The position numbers were made by a program, and so were the translations under genes. DNA of 64,000 bases from a virus, in the IMG/VR virus record IMGVR_UViG_3300033549_000069, positions 24,828 through 88,827 of that record; one strand, written 5' to 3'. The notes below the pieces were generated by a model. That model ran no database searches and had not been told where the DNA came from. It saw only the letters and a program-made list of their open reading frames with translations. The number at the start of each line of letters is the position of its first letter. Position 1 is the stretch's first letter. Below are positions 39,201-48,387 of this stretch, one piece after another.

Positions 39201-40619
39201 TTATTTCTCCGGCATCGTGCCCACGGGCGTCTGGACCTTCTCGCCAGCCTTCATCGCCGTGCCGTCACCCTGGCGGCGGCACGTCAGCGTCATCTCATAG
39301 GTTCCAGGCCCCCACTTGTGCGTCGCCTTGTCCACAAGGTACGGCCCGTCGTAGATCATCCCGCACCCACGCAAGAAACACAGCTCAGACGGCACCACCC
39401 ACGGCAATCCCAAGGACGTGATCACCCCCACCTGCGAAGGGCTCCCCGCATCACGCTCTTTCTCCGCCGCCAACTGCGCCCGCGCCTTGCCCGCCTCTCC
39501 CCCAGGCACCGGCGAACTCGTAATGACCGCCTCCTTGCCGTCCGCCTTCTTCTCATCTCCAGTCAAACTCTTCCCCGTGGCGTCCGTCGTCTTGATGTCC
39601 TCTGGCCCAGGCGTGGCCACCGCGCCTACCGTAGCCACCTTGCGATCTACCGCCTTCGCATTCACAGACTCGATCAAGCCCGTTTTTGTATTTACAAATA
39701 CCTTCTCAACGCCCTTGCCCGTCTGGACCATGTTCGTCGGAAGCCACGACGCAAACCCAGATCCCTCTGGTGCCCACGACAAACACGGGAACGTAGACGT
39801 GTTTAAATCAACCACCCCACGCAACCTAAACGTCGGCCGCACGCCAACTCCTCCGGCCGTCCCAGCTTCCTTGAGATGGCTCAGAACGCCAGTCGATAGC
39901 TCCTCTTCAGTGCCAAGATACAGAATATGCACTCCCCCACCAGGACTTGCCGGATTCGGGCCTATCCACATCCTCAAATTCGCCATCTTGGCAAGGGCAT
40001 CTGCCGCCTCCCACACCGTCATCCCAGCAAACGCCTCCGGCTTCCAACCCGCCTCGGCATCTGTTGGCTTTCCCTTTTCCAAATCAGAATTTAAACCATT
40101 CATCAACGTTGCCGACCCAGGCGACGGTTTGAACTCAACACCCAACGCCTTCGCGCACTGCACAAACATATCGTTCGGGTTGGTCACCTTCAGAGCCTCG
40201 CCAGACACCGTGTATCCCGAACCCTCCGAAATCACCTGCACCGTGATCGTTCCCGTCATGCCGTTTGCATCCAAGGTCAGACCGTCCCCACCCGCCGCCA
40301 AAAACCCCTCGAACCACTCCGTCCACCATGTCGGATGCTTCGCATATCCAATCCGAGCCCGCACGTTGTTCCCCATGGTGAACGGCGAATCCAGGCCCAG
40401 CAGCTTATCAACCGCCACGTCGTATGGCGCGTCAAATGTGACCTGCAAAGCAGCCTTGCGCGCGAACTCAAACGCTAGGCTCACCCCGGTCACAAACGGG
40501 TAATCTGGCGCGTTGAAATACCAAACATTCCCGCTCGTCGGGTTCGTGATAACGATCTGCGCTACTGGGTCGGTAAACATCCCTATCTCCCCTGCCGCAA
40601 CAACACGCGCTCTACCCAC
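39201..40619 (-). CDS. baseplate hub / late control D-like protein
   Basis: RARIGY, G.PW..P.....LRGCG..YDGPYLV.K.TH...GTYEM.L.C.R; lies between LysM-like and spike genes. Confidence 0.7.
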   Translation of the reverse strand: MGRARVVAAGEIGMFTDPVAQIVITNPTSGNVWYFNAPDYPFVTGVSLAFEFARKAALQVTFDAPYDVAVDKLLGLDSPFTMGNNVRARIGYAKHPTWWTEWFEGFLAAGGDGLTLDANGMTGTITVQVISEGSGYTVSGEALKVTNPNDMFVQCAKALGVEFKPSPGSATLMNGLNSDLEKGKPTDAEAGWKPEAFAGMTVWEAADALAKMANLRMWIGPNPASPGGGVHILYLGTEEELSTGVLSHLKEAGTAGGVGVRPTFRLRGVVDLNTSTFPCLSWAPEGSGFASWLPTNMVQTGKGVEKVFVNTKTGLIESVNAKAVDRKVATVGAVATPGPEDIKTTDATGKSLTGDEKKADGKEAVITSSPVPGGEAGKARAQLAAEKERDAGSPSQVGVITSLGLPWVVPSELCFLRGCGMIYDGPYLVDKATHKWGPGTYEMTLTCRRQGDGTAMKAGEKVQTPVGTMPEK

Positions 40620-40948
40620 GCCCGCATAGGAATCTTCAAGCGCCGGCCTGGGTACAACTCAACATCTGGAAGGTCCAAATTGTTGCGCGCTGAAATGATC
40701 CACCCCATCTCCTCGTTTCCGTAAAAACTCTTGGCTAAGATGTCGATCCGCATCCACGGATCTTCAATGACGTACTCCACCTCGTTGTCCGTCACGCCCT
40801 CCCAACTCGGCATCTCAAACGGCCTTCTAAACCGCACCGAAGACGACATCTCTAGATCCCAGATGACCTCCTCGTCCATGAACCTCATGGGCGATCCCAT
40901 GGTCGCGTTCAGCACCCGTTTGGGTATGGTCGGGGTCGGTGCAGGCAT
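40583..40948 (-). CDS. LysM/tail-X-like baseplate wedge protein
   Basis: RIDILAKSFYGNEEMGWII..RNNL......LYPGRRLKIP. Confidence 0.75.
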   Translation of the reverse strand: MPAPTPTIPKRVLNATMGSPMRFMDEEVIWDLEMSSSVRFRRPFEMPSWEGVTDNEVEYVIEDPWMRIDILAKSFYGNEEMGWIISARNNLDLPDVELYPGRRLKIPMRAWVERVLLRQGR

Positions 40949-40960
40949 CTCGGCCTCCTG

Positions 40961-43900
40961 TTATCCAAGCACTACTGGCTTCGCCGTTGGTGAACCGCCA
41001 TTTTTGATCAACTCGCTCTCCGCGATGACCTGCGTGAACCCACGGATCTTGTCCAAAATCGCCCGCTGCTTCGCGCCCTCATTCATAATCGCCATCGTCA
41101 CGCCGGCCAGGCCCGGGACGTTCAACATGGCCTTCATGTTAGACCGCACGTCTTCGGTCTTGTCATCCACCGTGATCGTGTTGACGATGCTGCCCTCTCT
41201 CCCGAAGTCGCGCATCATCATGTCCGCCACGTCGTTTAAGAGGCTCTTCTTCTTGGCTAACTCCGCCATCTTGATCTTGTAGGCGTCGAAAGTAGCAAAC
41301 ACAGACTCGTCCAAAGCCCGCGCCACGGCCTCCGACACCACCGTCGTACCGCTCTCGATACCGAGCGCCATGGACTCCATGAGCGTGCGGCCCGCAATCC
41401 ATGCAGGATCCGACTCTCCACCTCCGCCAACACCCATCAACGGTCCCTCAAGGATCGGAGAGTGCGTCGTCATCGACTTGCTCACCATGTCCGATGCTCC
41501 AAAGACCGAATCCTGCAAGAGCTTGTTGGCATCGGGGTTGTTGATGCCCCGCGCGAAGTCGTCCACCACCGCGATGCCCGCGTCACTAGCCCCCATCGCC
41601 GCCTGCCCCAGCGCGTCCGTGATCGTCGCCGCGTTGGCCTGCGTGAACGCCTGCACCTTGGCCTGCGCCTCCGCCAACCGCTGCTCCTGCGCCAGCGCCA
41701 GCGCCTCGTACTTCGCCGTGTCCGCCTGCTGCTTCACCAGGATGTCCATGGCCCCGGCGACGCCCGTCAGGCCCTTGTCCCCGAGTCCCGCCCCCTTGGC
41801 CTGGGACAGCCCCGTCTTCTTGGCCGCCTCCATGGCCTTGGTCGCGTCGTCCAGGTTCTTCTGCGCCGTCGCCACCTCGACCCCGCCCAGATCGACGCCC
41901 TCCGACTGCATCAACTGGTCCAGGGACGCCTTCGCCTTGCCATACGTCCGCGCGGCACTGGTCACCTCGGACGCCGTCTGGCTCCACTGGGTCGCCTTCC
42001 ACGCCTGCTCCTTGGCGAGCTGCTTCTCACTCTTGCCCGCCTCGGCCACGCCGATGCCCCCCATGGAGCGCTCGATCAGCGGCTGCCACTTCGCCCGCTG
42101 CTTCTCAATGATCGCCCGCTGCTCCTTGACCCCCGCGATCTCGGTCGCCACGCGCGCCTGCAAGTCCTTCCGCTGGGCCACCAAGCTCTCCGCCTGGAGC
42201 TGCTTCATCTTCTCCGCGTGCGCCTCGGGATGCGTGAGCTGCCAAATGAACTCGGCCGTCCCGGCCCCCAGCTTCTGCGTCAGGGTGCCCATTTTATACA
42301 CGAGCCCGTAGATGAACTGCTTGGCCGCATCCCATAGGTTCGCAAAGTAGTCCGCCATGTTCGACAAGGATTGCGCCGGGTTGAAGATGCCCTTGACGAA
42401 GCCGCCCAGCGCATTGCGAATCCCCTCAAACATGCCCTTGTATTTCAACACAAACTCCGCCGCGTAGGTCGCCCAGCGCGTGTCCACGCTGGACAGATCC
42501 ACGTTGGACAGCTCCACGATGGATTCATTGGCAAAGTTGTTGGCCGCATTCTTGGCAAAGGACGAGGCCGAGAGGTACGCCCCCTGGACCGTACTGCGGA
42601 TCTTGTCGCCCAGGAGCAGCCCGGCCCCATCCTCGTTGAGCGCCGCAATCCCATCCCCGAGCCCCACCCACGCCTTCTCCGCCAGCTTGCGCCCGCCGTC
42701 CTTGACGCTATTGAAGGCGTCCCCAAAGAACTGCCCCGCGTCCAGCTTGAACTGCCGGAACTCCGCGTCTGCCGTCAGATTCGACCACCAATCCTTGATG
42801 TTGTCCCCCACCCGCTCGAAGGCCGGTTGCACGTCGTCCCACGTCCACGAGTCCCACCACTGCGTCGTCGCCTCGACGGCCTTCTTGCCGATCTCCCGGG
42901 CCGCCACGAACAGCCCCTTCGCCGCCGCCCACAGCGCGCGCCCCATGTTCTGCATGAGCGTCGAGGCCGCATTGGCCAGCGCCGAGTTGGACTCCGCCCC
43001 GCTCGCCCAGGTCGCAATGGCCTTCGGGATGAACGTCACCGCCTCCACCGCGAAGTCGCCCAGCTTCTTCCCAAGCGTCTCCCAGTCCATATTACCGAGC
43101 CAGTCCGCCAGGTTCCCCGCAGCGCCGCCCACCCACTTCACCACCTTGGCCAGCACGTCCGACAGCTTCACCCCAGACTTCGCCAGCCAGTCGAACCCCA
43201 GAGCCAACCCGGCAATCGCGCCACCCCACAGCCCCAACTTGCCCAGCGGGCTCGACAGTATTTTCCCGAACACCTTGAGCAGCGGCCCGGCCACGATCAC
43301 AAGCTCAGAGAAGATGCTGACCACAGGCCCCATGGACTTCGCCACCGAATCGAAAGCCCCGCCCACCGCATCGATCATGGCTGATGACCGCGCCATCTCC
43401 TTGTTCGACCCGCCGTCCATCTTGATGAACAGCCCCTTGGCACCCATCTGCTGCATGGCCGAAAGGCGCTTCACAATAGGCCCCCAGTTTTTGTCCCCTG
43501 CCAGCGCTATCGTCTCGTCTCCAACCTGCTTGTACGCCTTTCCCAGGTCGCCCACGAAGTTGGATACGTCCTTGCGCGCGATGCTGCGTAGCCGCGTCTC
43601 GAAAGAACTCTTCATGAGGTCCAAGGATTCCTGCATGGTGCGCCCGCTACTGAACGCCTGGTCCCCGTACTTCTTCAGAGTGTCCTTGCCCGTCACCGTG
43701 ATGTCCGACATGGCCTTGAGGGACGCCGCCGCTTTATCACCGCCCGCCGCTAGGAATCCAAGTCCTACTGTGCCCTCTCCAAGCGACTCGCTCAGCCCAG
43801 ACAGCATGGCCTGCTGTTGCGCACCGCTGACATTGTACTTGGTAAACGCCTCCTGTATCCGCTGGACGCCTGCTACGGTGTCCCGCGACCCAACATCGAC

Positions 43901-44839
43901 GATGTCCTTTGCCTCCTCAAACCCAATGCCAAGCCCTGTCAGGTACTTGATCAATGGTGACGCGGCAGCAAGATCCTTATCCCCCATCCCCATCTTCATC
44001 AAACGCTCGACCTCAACGGATTGCTCGGCAAACATCTTCGCCGTCGCAGCACCCGCCTTTGTTGCGTCCTCTTGGCTCGATCCATTCGCCGCAAAAGCTC
44101 CCGCCAACCGAACAGAACTTTCCACCAGTCCTGTGATCTCATCCCCAGTACGCTGGAGCCCAGGAGGCATCTTCTCGAAGATGTCGTCCAGGGATTGAAG
44201 GTTGTCCTTCAGCCCGGCGATAGGCGTCATGCCAACGCCAGTCTTCTTGCCAAGCTCCGTCACCGAGTTCAAGAACTTGGCCACGCTCTCGGGAGCCATG
44301 TTCCACGAACCAGTCAGGTTGGATATCGAGTCGTTCAGATCCGCCGCCGAGACCCCGGTCGTCTCGCTGAACTTCACAAAGTCCTTCTCGGTCATTCCCA
44401 GAGCCTTGGACGTCGCCTTGGCCGCTGGCGTCATGCGGTTGAACTCCGTGAACACCTTGGCCACGCTCTCCGCACCAACGTTCATGCCAATTGCCATGCC
44501 AGAAATCCGACCAACCATCTTGCGGGCCGCGTCCGCGCTCAGGTTCATGGCAGCAACAAACGGCTTGGCCGTCTTCGCGTTGGCTACCCCCATGGCCTCC
44601 AATGAGTTTGTGAGGTTTCCGGTGTCGCCGGCCATCTCCCGCACCGACTGCGCAATGGACCCAAGGTTGAAGTGCTTCAGACCCTCAAGGAATCCCGGAA
44701 TCTTCGACTTGGACGCGATCTTGGACTGCTTCTCAAGACCCTCATTTAGGCTGTCAATACCCTTTTGCGCCGAGTCCACAGCGGCCTTCATGCCGACGTC
44801 CCTCGCACCCATGCCCCAGGATATCCCCAGCAGATTCAT
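40961..44839 (-). CDS. tape measure protein
   Basis: 1292 aa, helical Ala-rich, hydrophobic central patch, W/F-spaced repeats; follows the chaperone genes. Confidence 0.85.
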   Translation of the reverse strand: MNLLGISWGMGARDVGMKAAVDSAQKGIDSLNEGLEKQSKIASKSKIPGFLEGLKHFNLGSIAQSVREMAGDTGNLTNSLEAMGVANAKTAKPFVAAMNLSADAARKMVGRISGMAIGMNVGAESVAKVFTEFNRMTPAAKATSKALGMTEKDFVKFSETTGVSAADLNDSISNLTGSWNMAPESVAKFLNSVTELGKKTGVGMTPIAGLKDNLQSLDDIFEKMPPGLQRTGDEITGLVESSVRLAGAFAANGSSQEDATKAGAATAKMFAEQSVEVERLMKMGMGDKDLAAASPLIKYLTGLGIGFEEAKDIVDVGSRDTVAGVQRIQEAFTKYNVSGAQQQAMLSGLSESLGEGTVGLGFLAAGGDKAAASLKAMSDITVTGKDTLKKYGDQAFSSGRTMQESLDLMKSSFETRLRSIARKDVSNFVGDLGKAYKQVGDETIALAGDKNWGPIVKRLSAMQQMGAKGLFIKMDGGSNKEMARSSAMIDAVGGAFDSVAKSMGPVVSIFSELVIVAGPLLKVFGKILSSPLGKLGLWGGAIAGLALGFDWLAKSGVKLSDVLAKVVKWVGGAAGNLADWLGNMDWETLGKKLGDFAVEAVTFIPKAIATWASGAESNSALANAASTLMQNMGRALWAAAKGLFVAAREIGKKAVEATTQWWDSWTWDDVQPAFERVGDNIKDWWSNLTADAEFRQFKLDAGQFFGDAFNSVKDGGRKLAEKAWVGLGDGIAALNEDGAGLLLGDKIRSTVQGAYLSASSFAKNAANNFANESIVELSNVDLSSVDTRWATYAAEFVLKYKGMFEGIRNALGGFVKGIFNPAQSLSNMADYFANLWDAAKQFIYGLVYKMGTLTQKLGAGTAEFIWQLTHPEAHAEKMKQLQAESLVAQRKDLQARVATEIAGVKEQRAIIEKQRAKWQPLIERSMGGIGVAEAGKSEKQLAKEQAWKATQWSQTASEVTSAARTYGKAKASLDQLMQSEGVDLGGVEVATAQKNLDDATKAMEAAKKTGLSQAKGAGLGDKGLTGVAGAMDILVKQQADTAKYEALALAQEQRLAEAQAKVQAFTQANAATITDALGQAAMGASDAGIAVVDDFARGINNPDANKLLQDSVFGASDMVSKSMTTHSPILEGPLMGVGGGGESDPAWIAGRTLMESMALGIESGTTVVSEAVARALDESVFATFDAYKIKMAELAKKKSLLNDVADMMMRDFGREGSIVNTITVDDKTEDVRSNMKAMLNVPGLAGVTMAIMNEGAKQRAILDKIRGFTQVIAESELIKNGGSPTAKPVVLG

Positions 44840-44848
44840 GATGCCTCC

Positions 44849-44868
44849 ACGCGAACCCGGGTTCGCGT
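44849..44868. repeat. 20-bp palindromic motif, copy 8 (perfect palindrome)
   Basis: acgcgaacccgggttcgcgt directly upstream of the tape measure RBS. Confidence 0.9.
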
Positions 44869-44869
44869 C

Positions 44870-45088
44870 CTACCGTCTGCCTCGCGTGCGAGCCCGCATA
44901 CGCGCTTTGGACGCTGCCTGCTCCTCGTTGGACCGACGGCTCGTCTCCAGGTTCTGTTTCTGCTCCACAAACCGCTTGCGGCGGCTGAAGGGCATCGCCA
45001 TCACACTGTCATACGTGCCGCCCTGTAGCTCCATTAGGAAGAAGACCTCCGCCTCCAAGTGCTCTACGAGGCCGATGGGAAGAAAAAA
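44870..45088 (-). CDS. frameshift extension of the tail assembly chaperone (gpGT-like)
   Basis: Lies in the -1 frame relative to 45064..45876; LEAEVFFLMELQGGTYDSVMAMPFSRRKRFVE; no clear RBS of its own. Confidence 0.7.
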   Translation of the reverse strand, partial: FFLPIGLVEHLEAEVFFLMELQGGTYDSVMAMPFSRRKRFVEQKQNLETSRRSNEEQAASKARMRARTRGRR

Positions 45089-45876
45089 CTGGGCTGCCCC
45101 AGATTCAATTCCGCTTTCCACTCATGCTCACATGAAGGACATGAAAAATCTACATTCGTATCGACGTGTCCCTCATGTTTCTCAAACAGAGAACGTATGT
45201 CGTTTCTATCTCGCGTGGGTAACGCCTTGAGCAACGCCATGGCCCCAACAATGTCCTTCTCCCGGTTGATCGGCACACCATTGATTTCGTCCACGCGAGC
45301 CATGATGCCCAACGTCAACACGTCATCCTTGGACTTCTTCGTCTTGGTGGTCAGCCACTCTTCGTCCGTGCTCGACATGATGTGCCAACTCACCACCCTT
45401 CCCGACTTCAGCGTATGCACAAACACCCGCTGCGTAGGATCTTCCATGGCATGAATCTCCACGTCCGCAAGATTCAGAGCATATCGAACCTCTTCTCGAC
45501 AGTCTGGGTTCGGACACTGCACCTTCACGTCGTAGAAATCCCCGAGCGATACCCGCCGGATAGCCAGGAACGCCACCATGCGATCACTCGCGGTCAGACC
45601 ATTTACAGCCGCACCAATCTGAGATCGGTCCTCAAATCCACCAATGCGACGCGTGCAATTCATGATGATCTGATTCAGACGTGGCAGGATAGGCCCCTTC
45701 CCAGCCAACAAGTCCTCCTCGTAACCAGTCATCTCCCCAACCACGAGATCACGATGCACCATGCCAGAAGAATCCAGATATCCACACGGCAACTCCACAG
45801 CGAGCATGCCCGCTGACACATCCATGAGATGCCCCTTCGTCTTCGCCAGAGTCGTTGTCTCCTCAGTCATCTCCAT
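45064..45876 (-). CDS. tail assembly chaperone / T4 baseplate-hub-assembly-like protein
   Basis: VELPCGY..S.G.VHR...GEMTG.EED.L, CPNPDC and CPSC; upstream of tape measure; alternative start 45870. Confidence 0.75.
   Translation of the reverse strand: MEMTEETTTLAKTKGHLMDVSAGMLAVELPCGYLDSSGMVHRDLVVGEMTGYEEDLLAGKGPILPRLNQIIMNCTRRIGGFEDRSQIGAAVNGLTASDRMVAFLAIRRVSLGDFYDVKVQCPNPDCREEVRYALNLADVEIHAMEDPTQRVFVHTLKSGRVVSWHIMSSTDEEWLTTKTKKSKDDVLTLGIMARVDEINGVPINREKDIVGAMALLKALPTRDRNDIRSLFEKHEGHVDTNVDFSCPSCEHEWKAELNLGQPSFFFPSAS
45082..45088 (-). other. -1 slippery heptamer T TTT TTC
   Basis: In-frame AGT TTT TTC near the 3' end of the chaperone gene. Confidence 0.75.
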
Positions 45877-46057
45877 CCCTCCATCTTTGTTTTAGCTGTG
45901 CATCCAGTGACAGCCGTTCTGCTTCAGCACGACGCTCCGAACGAACCCACCCAACAATCAACTCGCGGATCACGTCCGACACGGATCGCCCAATGCCGTC
46001 TGCCCGCTTGCGAAACTCTTCCAACACATCATCCTGGCACTCTACATTCAGACGCAT
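45863..46057 (-). CDS. ribbon-helix-helix (CopG/Arc-like) DNA-binding protein
   Basis: MRLNVECQDDVLEEFRKRADGIGRSVSDVIRELIVGWV; AAGGGG RBS before ATG 46057. Confidence 0.7.
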   Translation of the reverse strand: MRLNVECQDDVLEEFRKRADGIGRSVSDVIRELIVGWVRSERRAEAERLSLDAQLKQRWRDGDD

Positions 46058-46067
46058 GCGCACCCCT

Positions 46068-46115
46068 TGCTCATATCATGCTCAAACCTTACTCATCATG
46101 TGCTCATCCTGTCAA
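46068..46115 (-). promoter_or_regulatory. RHH gene promoter (TTGACA 46115-46110) overlapped by four T(G/A)CTCA repeats at 11-bp period
   Basis: Repeats start at 46068, 46079, 46090 and 46101. Confidence 0.6.
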
Positions 46116-46151
46116 TCTGCAACGCCGAGCATACTCAGCTTGCAAATTCGG

Positions 46152-46179
46152 TTGACAAACGCTATTGCAGCCTTAAATT
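46152..46179 (+). promoter_or_regulatory. sigma70-type promoter P1
   Basis: TTGACA-N16-TAAATT; matches the promoter at 47486. Confidence 0.7.
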
Positions 46180-46222
46180 CTAGGGCAGATGGCGGTCAAC
46201 GATGGCCGCCGGGAGGTTCCAA

Positions 46223-46453
46223 ATGCTCGTAGAAAAAACCATCATCGCCAGCATCTACGACCGCGACGAGTCCGACATCTCCTGGGCCATTCCCGAAGGA
46301 ATGATCCTGTACGACATGTGCCTCGCCCCCCGCGACGATGGCGAATACGACCGGAAAGACCAGCCAATGGTCATCCGGTATGGCACGCTGGCCGACATCG
46401 TGGCCACAGTCCCAGGATGCCGGTTCATCCCGGCCCCCAAGGAGGACGCATGA
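46223..46453 (+). CDS. hypothetical early protein
   Basis: GGGAGG RBS, start MLVEKT at 46223. Confidence 0.65.
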   Translation: MLVEKTIIASIYDRDESDISWAIPEGMILYDMCLAPRDDGEYDRKDQPMVIRYGTLADIVATVPGCRFIPAPKEDA

Positions 46454-46818
46454 GCGTCACATTCAAACCCCGCGAGTGCCCCGAGATCGAGGGCCCATAC
46501 GGTCCCGAGCCCCAGGCGTGGATCAACTTCTCCAACGGCAACGCATCCCGCATGATGGACGTAGCCGGGCTCCCCAACGATTCCACGGGCGAAGTCCCGG
46601 TCGCCGACCTCTACGCCGTGACCCGGAACCTGCTCCGCGCCCTCAACCAACGCGAGGTGTACTCCTGCGAAGCCACCGTCCTCCAGCGCCCCGGTCCCGA
46701 ACGCTGCGGAGTCGTCGACTGCGGGACCACCGAGGAGCGCGAGCGCGAGCGCATCCACGGCCTCCTCAAGGTCGTCTCGACGTGCATCCTCCTCAACACC
46801 GCCCTGGTCTGGAGTTGA
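46450..46818 (+). CDS. hypothetical early protein
   Basis: GGAGG RBS, ATGA overlap, start MSVTFKP. Confidence 0.7.
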   Translation: MSVTFKPRECPEIEGPYGPEPQAWINFSNGNASRMMDVAGLPNDSTGEVPVADLYAVTRNLLRALNQREVYSCEATVLQRPGPERCGVVDCGTTEERERERIHGLLKVVSTCILLNTALVWS

Positions 46819-46820
46819 CC

Positions 46821-47045
46821 ATGGGACCAGAGTTTCCACTTCCACGTTGGATGTTCGTGGGCCTGTTCGTCCTGCTTGTCTTCGTCCTGGGCGGATCACT
46901 GGCCGCGCTGGTCGCGTCACCGGCACACGCCGAGACGACCTACCAGCAACGTCAGGCCGACGCCCTGCTCGAACGCCTCGTGCGCACGCAAGAAGAACAA
47001 ACTAGGGCGCTCCAAGAAATCGCCCGCCACCTCGGGAGGAAATAA
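46821..47045 (+). CDS. small membrane protein with coiled-coil C-terminus
   Basis: MGPEFPLPRWMFVGLFVLLVFVLGGSLAALVASPAHA TM/signal segment. Confidence 0.65.
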   Translation: MGPEFPLPRWMFVGLFVLLVFVLGGSLAALVASPAHAETTYQQRQADALLERLVRTQEEQTRALQEIARHLGRK

Positions 47046-47339
47046 ATGGCACGACTCATCCCCGTGACCGGCGAAGCCACATGGATCACCCCAAACAAAG
47101 GTGCCTCGTTCGACCTGGACGAGCTGCAATCATTGGTGGGCGGCTACATCGAATTCGTCACGCTGGATCAAGAGGGACTCATCCTCTGCATCAACGAGGA
47201 AGGCAAGCTGCACGGATTGCCACCCAACCTGCTGGCCACCGCCTACGTCGCCCCCTACCTGCGGGAAGGCGACTACATCGCCGGGCCGGCGATCCTGCTC
47301 ACGCGAAAGGAATCCGGTGACGATGACGACGACGCCTGA
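47046..47339 (+). CDS. DUF3846-like protein
   Basis: LDELQSLVGGYIE......LCINEEGKL.GLPPN..AT.....IAGPAIL. Confidence 0.75.
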   Translation: MARLIPVTGEATWITPNKGASFDLDELQSLVGGYIEFVTLDQEGLILCINEEGKLHGLPPNLLATAYVAPYLREGDYIAGPAILLTRKESGDDDDDA

Positions 47340-47340
47340 T

Positions 47341-47356
47341 ACGAACCTGGGTTCGT
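47341..47356. repeat. palindromic motif, copy 9 (16-bp core)
   Basis: acgaacctgggttcgt after the stop of the + strand operon. Confidence 0.8.
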
Positions 47357-47396
47357 CCCCTTTTCCAGCATATTTATCCGGTCGGTTCTGGACGAC

Positions 47397-47447
47397 CTCG
47401 GGATTTTGCATATCGCCCAAGGAATATCCAATAACTATTCCGTTTTC
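47397..47447 (-). promoter_or_regulatory. conserved intergenic element, copy 2
   Basis: 26-bp exact match to 3428-3453; TTGGAT 47431-47426, N17, CAAAAT 47408-47403. Confidence 0.5.
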
Positions 47448-47485
47448 ATGGGAGTCTTTTCTCCAAAAAAGCGCAAACGCAGTTG

Positions 47486-47514
47486 TTGACAAACAAAATG
47501 TGAGCGGTTAAATT
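47486..47514 (+). promoter_or_regulatory. sigma70-type promoter P2
   Basis: TTGACA-N17-TAAATT; shares gTTGACAAAC and TAAATT with P1. Confidence 0.75.
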
Positions 47515-47567
47515 GAGAGACAGGCAAGATGCCGAGCGCGGATGCTCGGTCGCACAAGGAGGCTCAT

Positions 47568-48029
47568 ATGGACAACGCCAGTATCATCGCCATCAGTAAG
47601 GCCGTCAAAGACAAGGACGCCAAAGACGCCCGCTCCGCCCTCACCCCGGGCGAACATCTCGTGGACGTCACCGTCCACATCTCCGGCTCCCTTGAGATCG
47701 GTCCTGACACCGAGAAGACCTCCACTTCGAGCCTTCTCTCCGAAGAGTTCCTCATCATCGCGCTCAAGATGAGCGGATGCACCCGCGAACGCGCCTGCGA
47801 GATCATCTCCGACCTCGCCAAGCAGTCCGTCAACGGCGACGCCAAGGTCAACAAGACCAATCGCCAGGCGCTCGTCGAAGAGTACGACCCTCAAGGTCGC
47901 ATCTCTGCCATCTTCGCGGATGTCAAGAACAGCCTGCCCAAGACGAAAGTCTCTGGCGCTGCCAAGTTCAAAGGGGAAGTGGTCGAAGTCACCGCCGCCG
48001 CCGCCGACGCTGCCCTCCAGACCGCCTAG
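47568..48029 (+). CDS. hypothetical early protein
   Basis: AAGGAGG RBS, start MDNASII at 47568. Confidence 0.75.
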   Translation: MDNASIIAISKAVKDKDAKDARSALTPGEHLVDVTVHISGSLEIGPDTEKTSTSSLLSEEFLIIALKMSGCTRERACEIISDLAKQSVNGDAKVNKTNRQALVEEYDPQGRISAIFADVKNSLPKTKVSGAAKFKGEVVEVTAAAADAALQTA

Positions 48030-48041
48030 TCGCCTAGTCGC

Positions 48042-48371
48042 CTACAGCTCCACGGCGGGCCTCGGGGGGTGCTCGCGCTCCTCCCGGGCCAGGCCGCGCA
48101 AGGCAGCCTTCACGTTGCTCGACCCGCTCACCTTACCGCCGAGCTTTTGCAGGGTGTGTACGACGATGGGGTACAGCGCTAGGCGCAGCTCTGCCACAAG
48201 CGCGTTCACGTCGCCGTCCTTGCCGATGACCGCCTGTGCCTTTGGCGACACCTGCGACCCCGACAGCATGGCGTCGATCAAGCGCTCCACTTCAGCGCGC
48301 CCGGATCGAAACTCCGGCGCTGCCTCTTCCAAAGCACGCCGCACTTCATGAGCCAACCTGCGTAACGTCAT
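48042..48371 (-). CDS. leader-family protein (candidate internal head protein)
   Basis: Start MTLRRLAHEVRRALEEA with GGAGG RBS. Confidence 0.7.
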   Translation of the reverse strand: MTLRRLAHEVRRALEEAAPEFRSGRAEVERLIDAMLSGSQVSPKAQAVIGKDGDVNALVAELRLALYPIVVHTLQKLGGKVSGSSNVKAALRGLAREEREHPPRPAVEL

Positions 48372-48387
48372 GCTTGCCTCCAGGCGT

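Noticed and set aside
48022-48045. Short CGCCTAGT tandem repeat at a convergent gene junction
   Set aside because: Only about 2.7 copies of 8 bp; no supporting structure
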